Shown: piece by piece, positions 29,991 through 45,346 of the stretch
How positions within the stretch are numbered: the stretch's first letter is position 1
How the letters are laid out: each line of letters opens with the position of its first letter
Assembly: GCF_009914755.1 (NCBI RefSeq)
Contig: NC_060938.1
Source of the DNA: the human T2T-CHM13v2.0 reference genome, Homo sapiens
Reading direction: 5' to 3' (one strand)
Length of the DNA stretch: 64,000 nt
Program-made: the position numbers and the translations under genes
The notes under the pieces: generated by a model
What the model saw: only the letters and a program-made list of their open reading frames with translations
Database searches by the model: none
What the model was told of the DNA's origin: nothing

Positions 29991-30229
29991 GTGCATTTCC
30001 CAGGGTGCTACTGCCTCATCCCACCTTATACACAACAGACTCAGTTTAACAATACCAATCCCACTGCCACCAAGATGATCCCTGAAAAGAGTTAAAATGC
30101 TCTTGTACATGCTCTCTCCATACCCCACTCCCCTGCCTTGTAAAAATATTTCCACATATTTAAGGTTGCAGAATATGGCCATCACATACATATTATTTTC
30201 CCTTTAACCCTCATTTTATGATGTCTGAA

Positions 30230-30540
30230 TTTTTTTATTATTTATTTATTTTTTTTTAAGACAGAGTCTTGCTCTGTTGCCCAGGTTTGAGTGCAGTGGT
30301 GCGGTCTTGGCTTACTGCAACTTCCGCCTCCCAGGTTCAAGCGATTCTCCTGCCTCAGCCTTCTGAGTAGCTGGGACTACAGGCGCCTGTCACCAGGCCC
30401 GACTAATTTTTGTATTTTTAGTAGAGGCGGGGTTTCACTATGTTGGCCAGACTGGTCTCGAACTCCTGACCTCAAATGACCCACACACCTCGGCCTCCCA
30501 AAGTGCTGGGATTACAGGCGCGAGCCACCACACCAGGCCC
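30230..30540 (-). mobile_element. AluS
   Basis: Reverse dimer. Confidence 0.95.
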
Positions 30541-31928
30541 GACATCTGAATTTTTACAAATCCTTCTGTCAGGCTAAAGTTATACACATGCTCTCCCTCT
30601 ACCCTTACCATAATCAGTAGAACTTACACTGATTTCAGTGTATCTGTTCATATTTGAGAAAGGATCTGTAGTTCATAATTCTGATGGTAACAGTCCGGTT
30701 ACTTTTACTGCTGTAAGTAAATGTAATAGACCTATGACCCTGAGACATTTGGCCTCACATGTGACCTCAAAGCTAGGGTTAGATGATCCAGAGTTAATCT
30801 GACAGCTCAGATGGTGGAAGCTCAACCTCTGACCATCTTCCTGTGCTAGGGTAACTCACCCTCCAAGGCCCAAAGCAGGGGTGCAATATCTATGCGAATT
30901 TTTAAGCTAAAATAGAAGACTTGGAGGAGGATATGTCGCAGATTTCCTTCCATGACCCACAGACATCAGGAGAGTGGGAGGGCCAGGGGCAGAGTGTGGT
31001 TCAACCCTTCTGCTGCATTAGAGGCACCTCAATGGAAAAGTTTGAGAAGCATTGATCTATATATGGCTCAGGTATTAGACAGAGCTTTTCAGGTTTTTAA
31101 ACATAAATTTAAACAACAATAAGTGAAGATTCATAAAGAAGCCAATGCCACAGAGCAATTATTCCAGGACCCCAGGCTTTAGTCTGGGATTGTCTTACTG
31201 CCCCTTCCCTATTCATGACCCTAGAGTTTTCACAACACAAAATGGCTCTGTGAATCAGTTAAGTACACAGAGACAAATCCAGGCAAACTCAAATGCGTGA
31301 GAAGAATCCCATTAAGATTCCCAAGATGAGAACCCTCTGTAAGAAAGTGACATTGAAGTTTTTGATAATTCCCCCTCAGATGAATACATGGAAAAATTAC
31401 AAAGAATTTCTTTGGCTTCTGGTATGAGAATTTCTGATTACCCTTTTCCTCTCATTTCCTTGATCTTTACCAAAACATGAATGATGCTGGCCTTGCAGAT
31501 GCTGTTGATTTGGTTCGGTGTGCCAAGCAGGCTGCGGTGGAAACCACTGTGGGGAGTCTTGGTGGGCAAGGTAACGCTCTTTTGGCATAGGAGTGACAAC
31601 TACCCAGACAGAGAAATCCTCGGTCAGTGCAATCATGTCCACTCCTGGTCTAAGTCCCATCTTGCTCCTTAGATTGAAGAACAAGAAGGATAAGGATAAA
31701 ATAGCAAATGGGCTTCTAGCTTTGGCTCTTAGTCTCTCCTCTGGGCAATACTCTTCCCACTCAAACCAGACACCTTCCACCTGCCAAGAAAAATCTGGTG
31801 CTAAAATATAATCAGACTTGTAAAAAACAGAACATGGGGTGATTATTTTAATTACAAAATCTTTCATTTTCCAAGAAGAACATTTGCCAGTAGATTCCTT
31901 TAAATGACCAAGTCCCTTGGCATATTTA

Positions 31929-32398
<470 letters not shown>

Positions 32399-32539
32399 TT
32401 AAAATAGCATTTCTAGAATCAAAGTGGAGAGAAATCATCTTTGAACATCCAATGTCTGATTCAAGTGTTATGAAAACAAGGCTCTGCTCTTTAACCAATG
32501 CTTGTTTAATTCAACGTGGCCTGCAGTTACAATCTTGTG

Positions 32540-32770
32540 CAGGGCCTAGGAGTTTAAGCCCTGGAGGTGGACTGCCTGGATTTAAGTCTCAGTTATGCCA
32601 GTTACAAGTTCTATGACCTTGAGGAAGTTATGTAACCTTTTTGAGCCTCTGTTTTCTTACCTGGAGAATGAATTGATATGAACATTAAATGTGGTGATAT
32701 AGTAAATGTGATAACATATGTAAAACTCCATCTGCTTGTCATGCACTAAGTTATTAACTATGTTAATGCC
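32540..32770 (+). mobile_element. MIR
   Basis: gactgcctggatttaagtc...tgaccttgaggaagtta. Confidence 0.65.
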
Positions 32771-33185
32771 TGTTAGATGAGCAGGATGCCATCCCAAAGG
32801 CCCAGCAAATAGGAGGACAGACGTCCTCTTGTATACTGATTACAGGATCCATGCACCAGGGGAGGGCTTGCAATGCAGCTTTTCTTGTTATCTAATTGGC
32901 ACTGAGAGTGCTATTCTATATTAGTTAGACTAAACTCCAAATTGATGTTTTTAGCTAACATCTCCTTAAACTTCAAATGATCAATATCGAACAACTCATC
33001 TAGAACATCAATTTCTATAGGGCACTAACACTTCCAAGTGACTCCGTGGAGATGTTTGTTAATTAAAATCAGAAAATCCTCATGTGATATATCAAGGCTT
33101 TTCTATGACTAGAGCAATTGGAAACAATTGTTAAAAATTGTTTTTAAAATGTCCTGGTTAAAATGATTTCTGCTGTAACCTATAG

Positions 33186-33330
33186 CAGTGGTTCTCAAAA
33201 TGCGGTTCCTAGAGCAGACTCACCTGGGAACCGGTTAGAAATGCAAATTCTTAGGTCCCACCCCAGACTTATTAAAATATGGCAATCTGTGGTTTCATAA
33301 GCTCTCAGAGGTGACACTGATCCATAGCAC
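33186..33330 (+). mobile_element. MER5A fragment
   Basis: CAGTGGTTCTCAAA TIR, gttagaaatgcaaattctt. Confidence 0.75.
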
Positions 33331-35074
33331 TGATGGCATATGGATCCATGCTTCCCACTGCACACCCTCGCTCCATTCCTGAGAGATCCCATTCATGAAG
33401 CAGAGCATCTTTCCCATTGAGTCTGGATGAAATCTCAGAACCCTTTTCAACACAGTGCCAAAAGTTCCTACAAATCAATCAAAGTTTGCATGTCTGGTCA
33501 GGCTGTGGTGCTCTGAGATCTCAATGAAGCATTCATTCAACTACTTGACTTTCTCCTAGAGAAAAATTATGGCCCTACCGAAATAGGTTAGGAGACCCCC
33601 TCAAGACAACAAGAAAGCAAGTTGGATTTCTGAACTTTTATAACCAAATAACACCCCTAACATATGCACACCCAGTCACTACAGCATATGAAAATTTCCT
33701 CAACTAGCAACATAGGCACAATGTCTATAGTGCAGGCTTTTTCCAGACAGCTCAATCTCGATGTAATTGCCGTCGTCAAACCTTGTTAAACATCCAATTG
33801 TGGAGTGTGAAAGACACATGCTAACTACCTATTTATCTGCTTCTAGTTATTCGAATATGCTACCTTTTATAAAAAACTAGATCACAAAAAATTGAACTTT
33901 GTCCCCCTTGGGCTGTTCCTCTCACCAAATAAAACTATCTTTTGAAAAAAAGACTTTGAGATGGCTTTCAGTAGTACATATATGCAATAAGCCAATTAAA
34001 GAAAAAAATAGAAAATCAAAAGTTGGCAGAATTACAGAGATACACGTATACCAGGACTCTCGGGGAATGTGGTTATTGTGGTTAAACATTCTTCTTAGCT
34101 CTAAGCTATAGAGATATATGATGGGTTAAATAAAATTATCAGGGTTATGAAATGTATTTACACTCCTCTGATGAGACTTTTTTTCTGAATATAGATACCA
34201 AGAGTCATACATGCTGTTGCCATATTTGCTTTCCTGGTATTCTATAAGCCTTATGAATTTCCCCTTCTACTTACTTTATCTGAAACCTCAGTCATCAATA
34301 TTCAGTGTAAATGGGCCACAGAGCACGAGATCAACCCATATTTAGACTTGTCCTATTTTATCACTGTCTGTTTGTTGCGGTGGTTCATTATTTGATGTAT
34401 GGAACTTTCAAAAGTTTCTTTTTAAAAAATGAAACTTCATTTATCTTTGACCATATTGCCTAATACATTGGAATTAGCTTGCTACAAATCTTCATTGAAT
34501 GAGGTTACTTCCTTAATAGCATTTCTGACAGATGGCCATTGCTGTTAGTAACAGCAGTTGACATCCTGGGAATTTAAATATTCAAACCAATTCAATAAGA
34601 ATTTATTTAGTAATCTATTATGTGTCATAAATGGTGTGGCTTGAGCTTCAAGGCATGCTGGGAGGTCCCAGTTGCAAAAATAACTTAAAAGAAAGCCAGC
34701 CAGGACCACAATCCCATCCAGGCCAAAGTCCAAAACCAAGAAGTCTGATCTGGTAGAATGGGACACGATGCAGGGCTTCTGAGGAACAAACAGCACTCGT
34801 TCTTAGGGGTCAAGTCTGAGTCCAAGAACAGAGATAACTATTCCGATTGCTGGAAATTATGATTGAGAAAAAGACTGGCAGAAACTAGGTGAATTCATGG
34901 CTTCTATTCATGGCTGGACTTCAGTTCTACTGGGAATCTGGAATGGATACCAGCTGGTTGAGGCTACGGAGGAAGGCTTTAATGGGATGTGTATGTTGCT
35001 GCCCAAAGACTAATTTCCTCCTCAAGCAAATTAGACATTGAGTATAACGGCTACAGATTACTTCCATGATCCAC

Positions 35075-35555
35075 TGTGGCATACACCATTATCTACCCTC
35101 CAGCATCCAGGACTTCTTTACTTTTCCTTGCTCTGGGCAAAAGTGTGTCCTACCACAGGCAATGGGTTATGAAAGGACTAAACTATACTGATGGCAGTCC
35201 TGTTCCCTGACTTCTTAGCCTCCCTTGCAGCAGGCGGTGCCACATGACCCAGCTGTAACCAGGGAGACAGAGGGGAACTTGGCTGGAGATGCTTTGGGGA
35301 AAGCTTTTGTTTTTCTGTTAAAAGAAACAGGACTCGCACAGCCCTTCACCCTTTCTTTATGACTTTCCTACAAACTTGTAACCAGCAAGAAAAGGCCAAG
35401 TAAATCACAGAGATGCCTGCTCTACCATCAGTGAACCACTAAACTAATGTCAGCAGCCACGTATGTCCTGACTGCTGCTACATAAAAATTGTAAGCCCAT
35501 TTGTTTAAGCCATCAATAGATAAACTGTTATTCACAATGGAAAGCATTCCTAATA
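35075..35555 (+). mobile_element. MLT1J/K-like LTR fossil
   Basis: cctcccttgcagc...catgacccag...ttgtttaagcca. Confidence 0.55.
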
Positions 35556-35979
35556 CCTCCACTTCCTATGAAGATGGAAATCCTGACCTCCATCACCTTC
35601 AGAGACCATGTGGCAGAAGATGGGAATGGACATGACACTCTGTGCTAGGGGCTGAAGGCATGGAAATGTGGGTGGCAGAGATCCTGGCCTAAGGACCTTG
35701 TAATTTCATTTGAGAGAGCAAACTTAGGGTAGGGTCTCATCACACTCCACACGAGTTGTTTGCTCTAGCTCAGAAGACCATATTTTAAGATAAATCTTAT
35801 TTGAGATAAGCCTAGGACAGTTAAGATACTGGAAAACTGTTATGGAAGAAATGGTTGAAGTAAGAGAATTCTAGCAATGAGAATGTGGTATAGAGAAGGC
35901 ATTCCTACATTAGGAATGCCTTCATTACATACTTTATCCTCACTATACTAAGTGGCAGTTCAGTGGGACAGAGTCGTAG

Positions 35980-36379
<400 letters not shown>

Positions 36380-36534
36380 CAGTTTCTTTATTCTTAAAAT
36401 GGGGACAATAATAGTATTTACCATATATATATATAAAATAAATGAAATAATCCATGTAATGCATTTAACTCAATGCCTGGAACACACTAAATAATCAATA
36501 AATAATAATCAATAAATGCTATTTATATTATTTT

Positions 36535-36755
36535 GAGAAGTAGCTAAGTACATGGACTCTGGGGTCTGAATACCTGGGTTTAAATCTTGCATTCACTACT
36601 TACTGCCTATATAATCTTGATTAAGTCTCAGTTTTCTCATCTGTAAAGTGGGAGTAATGATAGCACTGACAGGATAGTTGTGAGAATTAATTCAAATAGT
36701 GCATGTAAAGCACTTGGCATGGTTTAATACCCAGTAAATGTTGGCTATTATTAGC
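36535..36755 (+). mobile_element. MIR
   Basis: ctcagttttctcatctgtaaagtggg...taaatgttggctattatt. Confidence 0.8.
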
Positions 36756-36841
36756 TATACTGTGAGTAATATAAAAGATGTATAGGACCTACTTCTTGTT
36801 TGCAAAATGCTTATTATGTTAGTTTCTAAGAAGTAATGAGA

Positions 36842-37118
36842 GGCAGGTTTCAGTGGCTCACACCTGTAATTCCAACACTTTGGGAGGCTGAGATGGGAGG
36901 ATTGCTTGAGCCCAGGAGTTTGAGACCAGCCTGGACAACACTGTGAGATCCCATATCTAAAAAGAAAAAAATCATGGTGGCACATGCCTATAGTCCCAGC
37001 TACTCAGGAGGTTGAGGTGGGAGGGTCACTTGAGCCCAGGAGGTAAAGGTTGCAGTGAGCTGTGATTGTGCCACTGCACTCCAGCCTGAGCAACAAAGCA
37101 AGACCCTGTCTCAAAAAG
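36842..37118 (+). mobile_element. AluJ
   Basis: Diverged dimer. Confidence 0.9.
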
Positions 37119-37697
37119 AGTAATGATAATTAAATAATGATGTATAAGCATGAGGAAATCAGGGAGGGGAATAATCACTGAGGATGGAAAGGCTAGGAAT
37201 AATACCATGCAGGAAGCTGGATTTAAGGTGGGCCTTATGTGACAGGTAGAGTGGAGATACTTGAAGAAATGGAGACAGGATATGGGATTATTATATTTTT
37301 CTTCAATTTTTAGGAGACTGCTTTACACATGTCATTTATTCTTCCTTCTAGCCTCATCTTCCTGGAGTAAAGTGAATATTTTAATAATGTGATTTAGGAA
37401 AACACAACATGTGAAATAGGGTAGCCCTAATTTCTTAATTGCTCATCCAAACAAATCTAATGATATTTTAAAGATCACTTGTACAATGTGCAGTTGAGAC
37501 CATGTCTATAGCAAAAAAAAATAAATAAATAAAAATGAAAAGTAAAAGAGTACAGGGACTGGTATCAAGAACTACTAGGCATATGATCCTATATATAAAT
37601 TATGTTTAGCAATGATGACAACAGAGACATATGTAGCATACAGGTACTGGGTTTTTTCTGTGAAATATGGATTCTGCTTTTGGAAGGAAATCTATCA

Positions 37698-38126
<429 letters not shown>

Positions 38127-39511
38127 TTACCCATCCCAATGTTGCTAACCGTATCTCCTAACATTCTTCAAACACCCACGGACTGTGGCACTAGGCCAGT
38201 CTCCTTGAGGTCTCCCGAATGCATCCCGCTCTCTTACCGGGCTTGTTACCAGCAAGTGCCTGCCATAGAGTAGGTGCTCCAGAACCACTGGCCAGAACCA
38301 CATCCATTTCTTACATGTGCTGTTTTGCCAGCCTGGAATCCTCTTCTTTGACATCTCTGTTTAGCTAAAGCTTGTGCGTGCTACATGAGGCCTTTTCCTG
38401 CCATGTGAGTCCTCACTTATCTTTCCCTTCTCTAAACCACAGCAGTTGTCATTTGCATCACTGATGGGAAAAACTATGTGGCTTCCAACTACTGGGCTCC
38501 TGCAGCCATTTCTCTAGCCCCAACCATCTCTCAAGTTTTCCTTTCTCTTTTCCAGTATGATCTAGGTTTTCCAGGCAGAGAGAGCAACATGAGCAAAGCC
38601 CAGAGACCCAAGAGAACATGAAATTCAGGGAACAGTTTGTAGGTCCGTGATCTTGATGGCCATGCCCCTAAGAAAACATGCCTAAAAAGAACCGAAACCA
38701 GTTTCTCCATAGCCAAAATCTCTTTATGATATTTTTGCTTCAAGAACACAGTAGTCTATTACAGCATGACCATATTCTCTGGAACACTTGCTGAAAATCT
38801 GAAACCTTAAACAATTGTGACGTATCAGTCTATTAAGCTAAGTGGCTTTCTACCTAACACCTCTGCTTCAGGGCTAAGCAACATCCCAGCTAGAAGCCTG
38901 CTGAACTAGAAATATTAATTTTCCTTTTCTCCCAAGAAGATGATACGTGAATGCTGTGCTCTTCCTTCATGATCCTAACATTCTGCTACAAGGGTGAGCT
39001 TTCTCTGATTTGTGATTGACAAGTTTGCCAGGGGTGATAACTGGCCTAATCACTTGCCTTATAGATGAGAACTGAAGCCATTTGGAATTTATCCCTCTAT
39101 CACTAAGCTCTGACTACAGTTTCTTCTTCGCATGCACAAGAGCTATTCCTCAAAGACGTTATCTTTGCCATTTATTTTGCCCTCTAACACTTCAAGCTTC
39201 AATGCGACGTCACAATTTATTTGCATGCCAGGTGTTGTTTAGATAAACAGACATTTGAATTACGAGCAACTGGAGACTATTAGACAGTGAATTTTCTTTT
39301 TCATTTAAATTCTCTCTTTCTAAAATTTATTCTAGGTTTTGCTGACATGTTGTGTTGGAGAACTACTGAAAGGTTGTGAATAGGAACTACACAACATACT
39401 GGCTTTGCCTCTACACTATAGGAGTGTGTTAAATTTCCTCTGTATTCCCAGCGTCTTACACTGAGCCTGGTCCTTACTACATCTTCTATTAAATGTTTAG
39501 TGAATAAACTC

Positions 39512-39942
39512 TGTGATGGATTAAAGATGGCTACATATTCTTTACTACATAAGCAGGTGATGTAATTGGATAAACAGAATATGGCAGAAGTGATGTTGTG
39601 GCAATTTCTGGGCACTGGAAGCTTCTACTTTCTGTCCTTCAGAACACTTTCTCTGGAAGCCCTGCCATGTAAGTCTGAATACCCTGAGACTGTTTTGCTG
39701 GAGAAGTCAGTTAACAGTCCCAAGTCCCAGAAGAGTTCAGCCTTCCATACATCTGTCAAGGTGCAGAGGGATGAGTGGAGCCTGCAGACTCTTAGCAGAA
39801 TACCACTTGGAACAGAACAATCACCTGGCTGGGCCCTGCCAGAATTCCCTGACCCACAAAATCTGTGATATAATAAAATTATTGTTTTTTTAGCCACTTA
39901 AGTTTTAGATTACTTCGTTATATAACCATAAATAATCAAAAC
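39512..39942 (+). mobile_element. MLT1G/H-like LTR
   Basis: tgtgatggattaaagatggc...aattccctgacccacaaaatctgtga. Confidence 0.7.
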
Positions 39943-41354
39943 AAAATCCTGAGGGGGGCTCTATGTATACTATTCAGCACCCCAGAGATCAACTCGTGTA
40001 TTCATAGCTACTGTTCACCTGACTAGAGCAGGGTGGTACACACTTGAGGACAGTTGGGCTGATTCACCACAACTAGTGGCGGCCAGTAAGCGCTGTTTCT
40101 CATTTTGTGAGTTCTTGGGCAGCATAGACCAGGGAACCTGACCAACCTCAGGACACAGATTTCAAATAGGATTCTATCTAGCACTTTAGACCCAGGAGGA
40201 CTGAACCCTCATAATTCTTTCCGCTGATTATTGGAAGAGTTAATCACTCGATAGAACTAACATTTCTAATAGAATGAGATTAGATGGAAATTAGATACAA
40301 GACCAAAAGACTCTTCATGGTGATGAAGGAGTGAGAACCACTAGATTAAATGAACATAAAGACAGAGGGCAGATACATTTCCTTTCTCACCCAAATGGTA
40401 GGTCCTGAGAAATACTGTTGCAAAAAAACCCAGAAATACAGATGGGATGAAGAATAAGAGAAATCTGAGCACACAGGGGAGGAGGGTCAGTGAAAATTCA
40501 TTCTGCGTGTACTTGAAATTTCTGATTCAAGGGACCAGAACACATGTTATTAGCATTTTCAATTTTTCTGAAAATTGAAGAGAACAAAAACTGAAGAGAA
40601 TAACTCAGAAATAAAATGATGACAAGATAATTGTTTAATATGAAAATCCTTGGGTGGAGTACTAAGAGACTTCCATTTCAGTCTCAACACCTAGCAATTG
40701 ATTGGACTTATTCTTAACTCAGTTTTCTTGTTGTAAAATGACACCACTCCGCTTTCTTCATGGAAATTATGTGGGTTGGATTGCAGGAGAGAAGATAAAA
40801 AGTGGCTTAGAAGGAAAAAGAAAGAATATGCAATTAGTAAATAGTACCAGTTCTTGAGAAGTTTGGAATAGAAACATTTTCCTCTTCAAACACATAACCT
40901 CTTTTTTTAGATTAAAGTAAACAAATCACTCTTTTACTATTACACAAATGCTGATTATTAAGTTTATATAAAAATTAACTATAATTAGATATGAAAGACA
41001 AGTAAATGAATCAGCAAGACATGAACAGCAACACTGTCTGAGAAGAATTCACCATCTAGACTGATTCTGTTGCATCTTGGGCTGGGTGTAATCCTGTAAA
41101 AACACACAGATGTGAGATGAAGGCCAAATCAGCTGGTAATCAAGTGGCACCTCTGGGGGCTGAGAGTACAAAGGAGTCCCTGGAAGAGGCACTGGCAAAT
41201 TGGTGGCCTTGGTGGCAATGGCTGATGGCAGCTCTCTTGGGCCATCAGGGGGGACTTCATAGTCTGGTAGTTAGTTGTTTTACCCAGCAAACACATACCC
41301 CAAAAGAGAAGCCATTTCTTTTGTCTAATTAACAGGTAGTGCCAATGGAGATAC

Positions 41355-41530
41355 CAGTGTTTCTCAAGCTGTACTCTGCAGACCCCCTGCCCCTAGAGGG
41401 CTTATTAAGGTTCAATCCTTGGACCCACCCCAGATCAACGAAATCAGAACCTCTGCACCAGGGGTGAGGAATCTATATTTTAATAGGTACCCCGGGTGCT
41501 TTCATTGAAAATCTCATAGTTTAAGGACTG
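41355..41530. mobile_element. MER5-family hAT MITE
   Basis: ccagtgtttctcaag...gtttaaggactgctg degenerate TIRs. Confidence 0.6.
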
Positions 41531-42739
41531 CTGCACTCTCTTGCACAATGTGACTGTCCACAAATACGCCATGTTCACCCCATTTTCAGTTCCTTTGCTT
41601 TTTCTCCCTCCAGGAACACTCCTCCCTTCTCTACTTTCTTCACCCCATGGGCTAAGATCCACTGGCTTCCTGGGGCTGTCCCCAACTTCTTGATCTCTTT
41701 TTCATGAACAGTAATTATGCTCCTTAATCCTGTCTTATCCTACTTTGTAACCTCTTTCAGGGGTATAGTAAATCCCCCTTCATTCCATTAATTTCATTAA
41801 TTCCTGCCCAGGGCAGAAAGATCCTGCTTTAAATGGTTTCCTTCTCTGAGAAGACCTGTCTTCTAGCCACTTTTTTATTTCTAAATAAATGCTTTTGCTT
41901 CCTGTATTTCAATACAATAGAAGGAGTGGGTCTTAGAGCTCCATAAGAGCAGAAAGTCCTGAGGAGCAGATGTCTTCCAGAGAAAATGGGAAAAGTTCTC
42001 ACTCCACCCCCACCACTGCACTGTTGAGCTTCACTGATTGGATCTCAAGAGATACAAGATTTTTTTCTATCACTATTGATTGTTTTGGTTTTTCCCTACA
42101 TTAACCCCCTCAGCATCAAAATAAATTTAAACTGAAGACAATGTTTGTGCCTTTTCCCCAACTATATTATAATCTTAAGGGCTGAAACCTAGTCTTAATG
42201 CTTCTTATATAATTCCTCCACCCTAGACATTTATTATTGTCTGCCCGCCCTCTTCCCTGGGAACTGCCACCCCCTCAGTCTTGTCATGATTCCTCCATGA
42301 CATTTTATGCAATGTGCCTCCAGGCTCCTGGTCACAGCTGATTGGTCTAGAGGTGGGCACCTGATTTAAAGCTGTGTCAGTCAGTTCCTTTTCTCCCCAG
42401 GTATTTTGAAAACTGGGGAGATGTTTGAATTCAGATTGAGCCCAGGAGATATTTTCCCTATGTGGACCAGAAAAATGGAGGAAACTATTCTTTAGAAAGA
42501 GAGAAGAATGCTGTACGTAGAGGCAGATGCAGAGAGAGGAGCACATGAGTGATGGAGGGGGTTTAGATGGGACGTATTTCTACCACTGGGTATCTTTTGG
42601 AACTCACAGTTTTCAGAATAAAGCCCCCATTTTATGTTAAGCTAGTTCTGGAGACTTCAGGGAAGACTCAAAGGGCAAGGGAAAAGGGAGTTGTGGATAG
42701 CCTCTAGATAGCCAGTCCACAGGATCTAAGGAAACACGT

Positions 42740-42920
42740 ATGATCTCACGTAATCCTCAAAATAATCATGTGTTTTTACGAAGCAATCATTATTATTCCC
42801 ACTTGAAAAATAAGAAACGAAGGCTTAGAGGAGTTAAGTAACTTTTCCTAAAACCACTCTGTTACTAAGCTGGAGGTGGGCGTGGGACTTGAGGCCAGCT
42901 CCATCTGACTGCACCATGCT
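42740..42920 (-). mobile_element. MIR
   Basis: attattcccacttg...gaggagttaagtaact. Confidence 0.65.
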
Positions 42921-42984
42921 GAACTGTCCTCAAGTGAAGGCCAATGGGTGTGATGCTGAGGGCTCTATTCATTCTTATTTTATA

Positions 42985-43273
42985 TATATTTTGAGACAGA
43001 ATCTCACTCTGTCACCCAGGCTGGAGTGCAGTGGAACAATCTTGGTCATTGCAACCTCCAACCCCTGTGTTCAAACAATTCTCTTGTCTCAGTGTCCTGA
43101 GTTGCTGGGATTACAGGTGTGTGCCACCACCCTTGGCTAATTTTTGTATTTTTAGTGGAGACGGGGTTTCACCATGTTACCTAGGCTGGTCTCGAACTCC
43201 TGGCCTCAAGATACCCACCTGCCTCAGCCTCCCGAAGTGCTGGGATTACAGGTGTGAGCCACCATGCCTAGCC
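42985..43273 (-). mobile_element. Alu (J/old S)
   Basis: Reverse dimer. Confidence 0.9.
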
Positions 43274-43974
43274 TATTCATTCTTGCTCCTATACTCTCAT
43301 GCCAAGCTAGGGTAATTTGAAAAAATTCTACAAGCCAATCCTGAGTCCTGGTATTGATCCCAACTCCATGTGCTTGGCAGAGACTGTGATTTGTGCTGCC
43401 CTCTATAGGAAGTATGGAATGAGTAAAAGAACTGCCCAGAAGCTCAGAGACCTAGAAGCTGGCTGTTCTAAGAGGTTCTAAGAGGAAGCAGCTAGGAGCA
43501 GCAGTCCTGAAAATTCCACTGCCAACAAGAACAGCAGGTATGGGCTGGCCATGCCAGAAGCAATGATCAAGATCCACTCTAGCAGCGCCAGTCACAGCCA
43601 GTACCAGATAACAGGAGGTGTCTGTGAAAATTGCTCAGAAGTCTTTATCCCTCTCCATCCTACGAGTGAGTTATGGTCACCCTTGATATTTCAGATGGGG
43701 TTGTAGAACGGGGTGTGTTAGGGACAGAAGAGGGGAGAAGAAGGTAGAGATCATCCTAAGAAGAGTAAAACAAACGGGAAGGGAGAGAGGTTCAGCAACT
43801 CTGAGCAAAAGTCTAGACCTCAGATTCTTGACCAAGAGCAAACAGACCCCTCAAAGATTCCTGACCAGAAGCAAAATGACTCTTGAAAGAGGATAACACA
43901 TCAACACACAAACTTTTAGTCTGGAGGGATGGCCTCTTAGCCTTCTCCTTTTGTATTTAAAGAAAGAGAAGTCC

Positions 43975-44134
43975 AATTAGCCAGGTGGGTGGTGCGCACC
44001 TGTAATCCCAGCTACTTGTGAAGTTGAGGCTGGAGAATTCACTTGAAACCGGGAGGCGGAGGCTGAAGTAAGCTGAGATCGCGCCACTGCACTCCAGCCT
44101 GGGCAACAGAGTGAGACTAGTCTAAAAAAAAAAG
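43975..44134 (+). mobile_element. 5'-truncated Alu (right arm only)
   Basis: TSD AAAGAAAGAGAAGT at 43959 and 44135. Confidence 0.9.
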
Positions 44135-45083
44135 AAAGAAAGAGAAGTGAGAAGTCTAGAAAATTAAATAATTTATATGACTCAGCTAAGTAAAGATAGA
44201 GTCTGAATTAGAGCACAGAATTGAATTCAAGCCGGGCTTGAAGTCTAGTAGATTTTCCTCTACAACACTTGGTGCTATTTTCTTTGTGTAGCTATAGGAT
44301 AAGTAAAAAATTACATGGAGTGGCCTTGGCCATTTCTCATACTTGCATAGATATACTCATCACTTTTCCCCACGTGAAAAGAACAAATAAAATTCCTTTA
44401 AAAGGCTTTTAAAAACTTCATCTCTGGAAAGGTATTTGTATAAATCTAGGATGAGTGCTGAGCTGCTGAAGGTCCTAAATATCTCTGAACTATCAGCATA
44501 TTCATGCTTGTCCTCTTCTCCCTTAAATAAAGGCTGTGATGACTTTAATATTCCAGTCGTTCTCCTTGGCATGCCCGCAAACAAAAACCCTCATTACACA
44601 TGTTTCTTGTACTCAAGAACATGCAAAGCGTGATTTCTCCTGCGGAATCTCACTGCGCACTCCTTGGATGCCACAAGGCAGCTGTAGCTCACGCGCCCCT
44701 GCAGCTCCTGGGTTCGTGTGAATGTCGCCTCCACTCTGGCTGGCAATGGAACAAGCCAGATGGTCTTGGGAGGCCTCAGCCCACCGCTTCCAAGTCATGA
44801 GCAAGCCTCTTTTCATTTCTAGGGATTTTAAAAAGACAAGAGAGTAGAGAGAGGACTTTTAAAATTCACCTTCCTTCCTTGACACCTTCTCTACTGTGAA
44901 ATCTGATGAAAGGAATAAAGGGGAAAGGGCTGTTTGGAAGGGAACTTCCGGCTCCTAAGAGAATATTGAAGTTATTTTAAATGGTTCAAAGGGCTCCCTA
45001 AAAGGAAATATTAATAGTAGGATGAATAAAAAATCTTGAAATGGTTCAGATACAATTAAAAAAAATATATATATATGTAACTG

Positions 45084-45346
45084 AGGTGGTTGCAGTGGCT
45101 CATGCCTGTAATCCCAGCACTTTGGGAGGCCGAGGTGAGTGGATCACCTGAGGTCAGGAGTTCGAGACCAGCCTGGCAAACATGGTGAGACCTGTCTCTA
45201 TTAAAAATACAAAAATTAGCCAGGCATGGTGGTATGCACCTGTAATCCCAGTTACTTGGGAGGCTGAGGAAGGAGAATTGCTTGAACCCGGGAGCTGAGA
45301 TTGAGCCACTGCACTCCAGCCTGGGTGATAGAGCAAACTCTGTCTC

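Noticed and set aside
33700-33830. Minus-strand peptide ...FDDGNYIEIELSGKSLHY... that looks coding
   Set aside because: Short, no good splice sites, no homolog I recognise.
39212-39226. SOX-OCT composite element
   Set aside because: Order and spacing of the half sites are non-canonical; kept only as an octamer.
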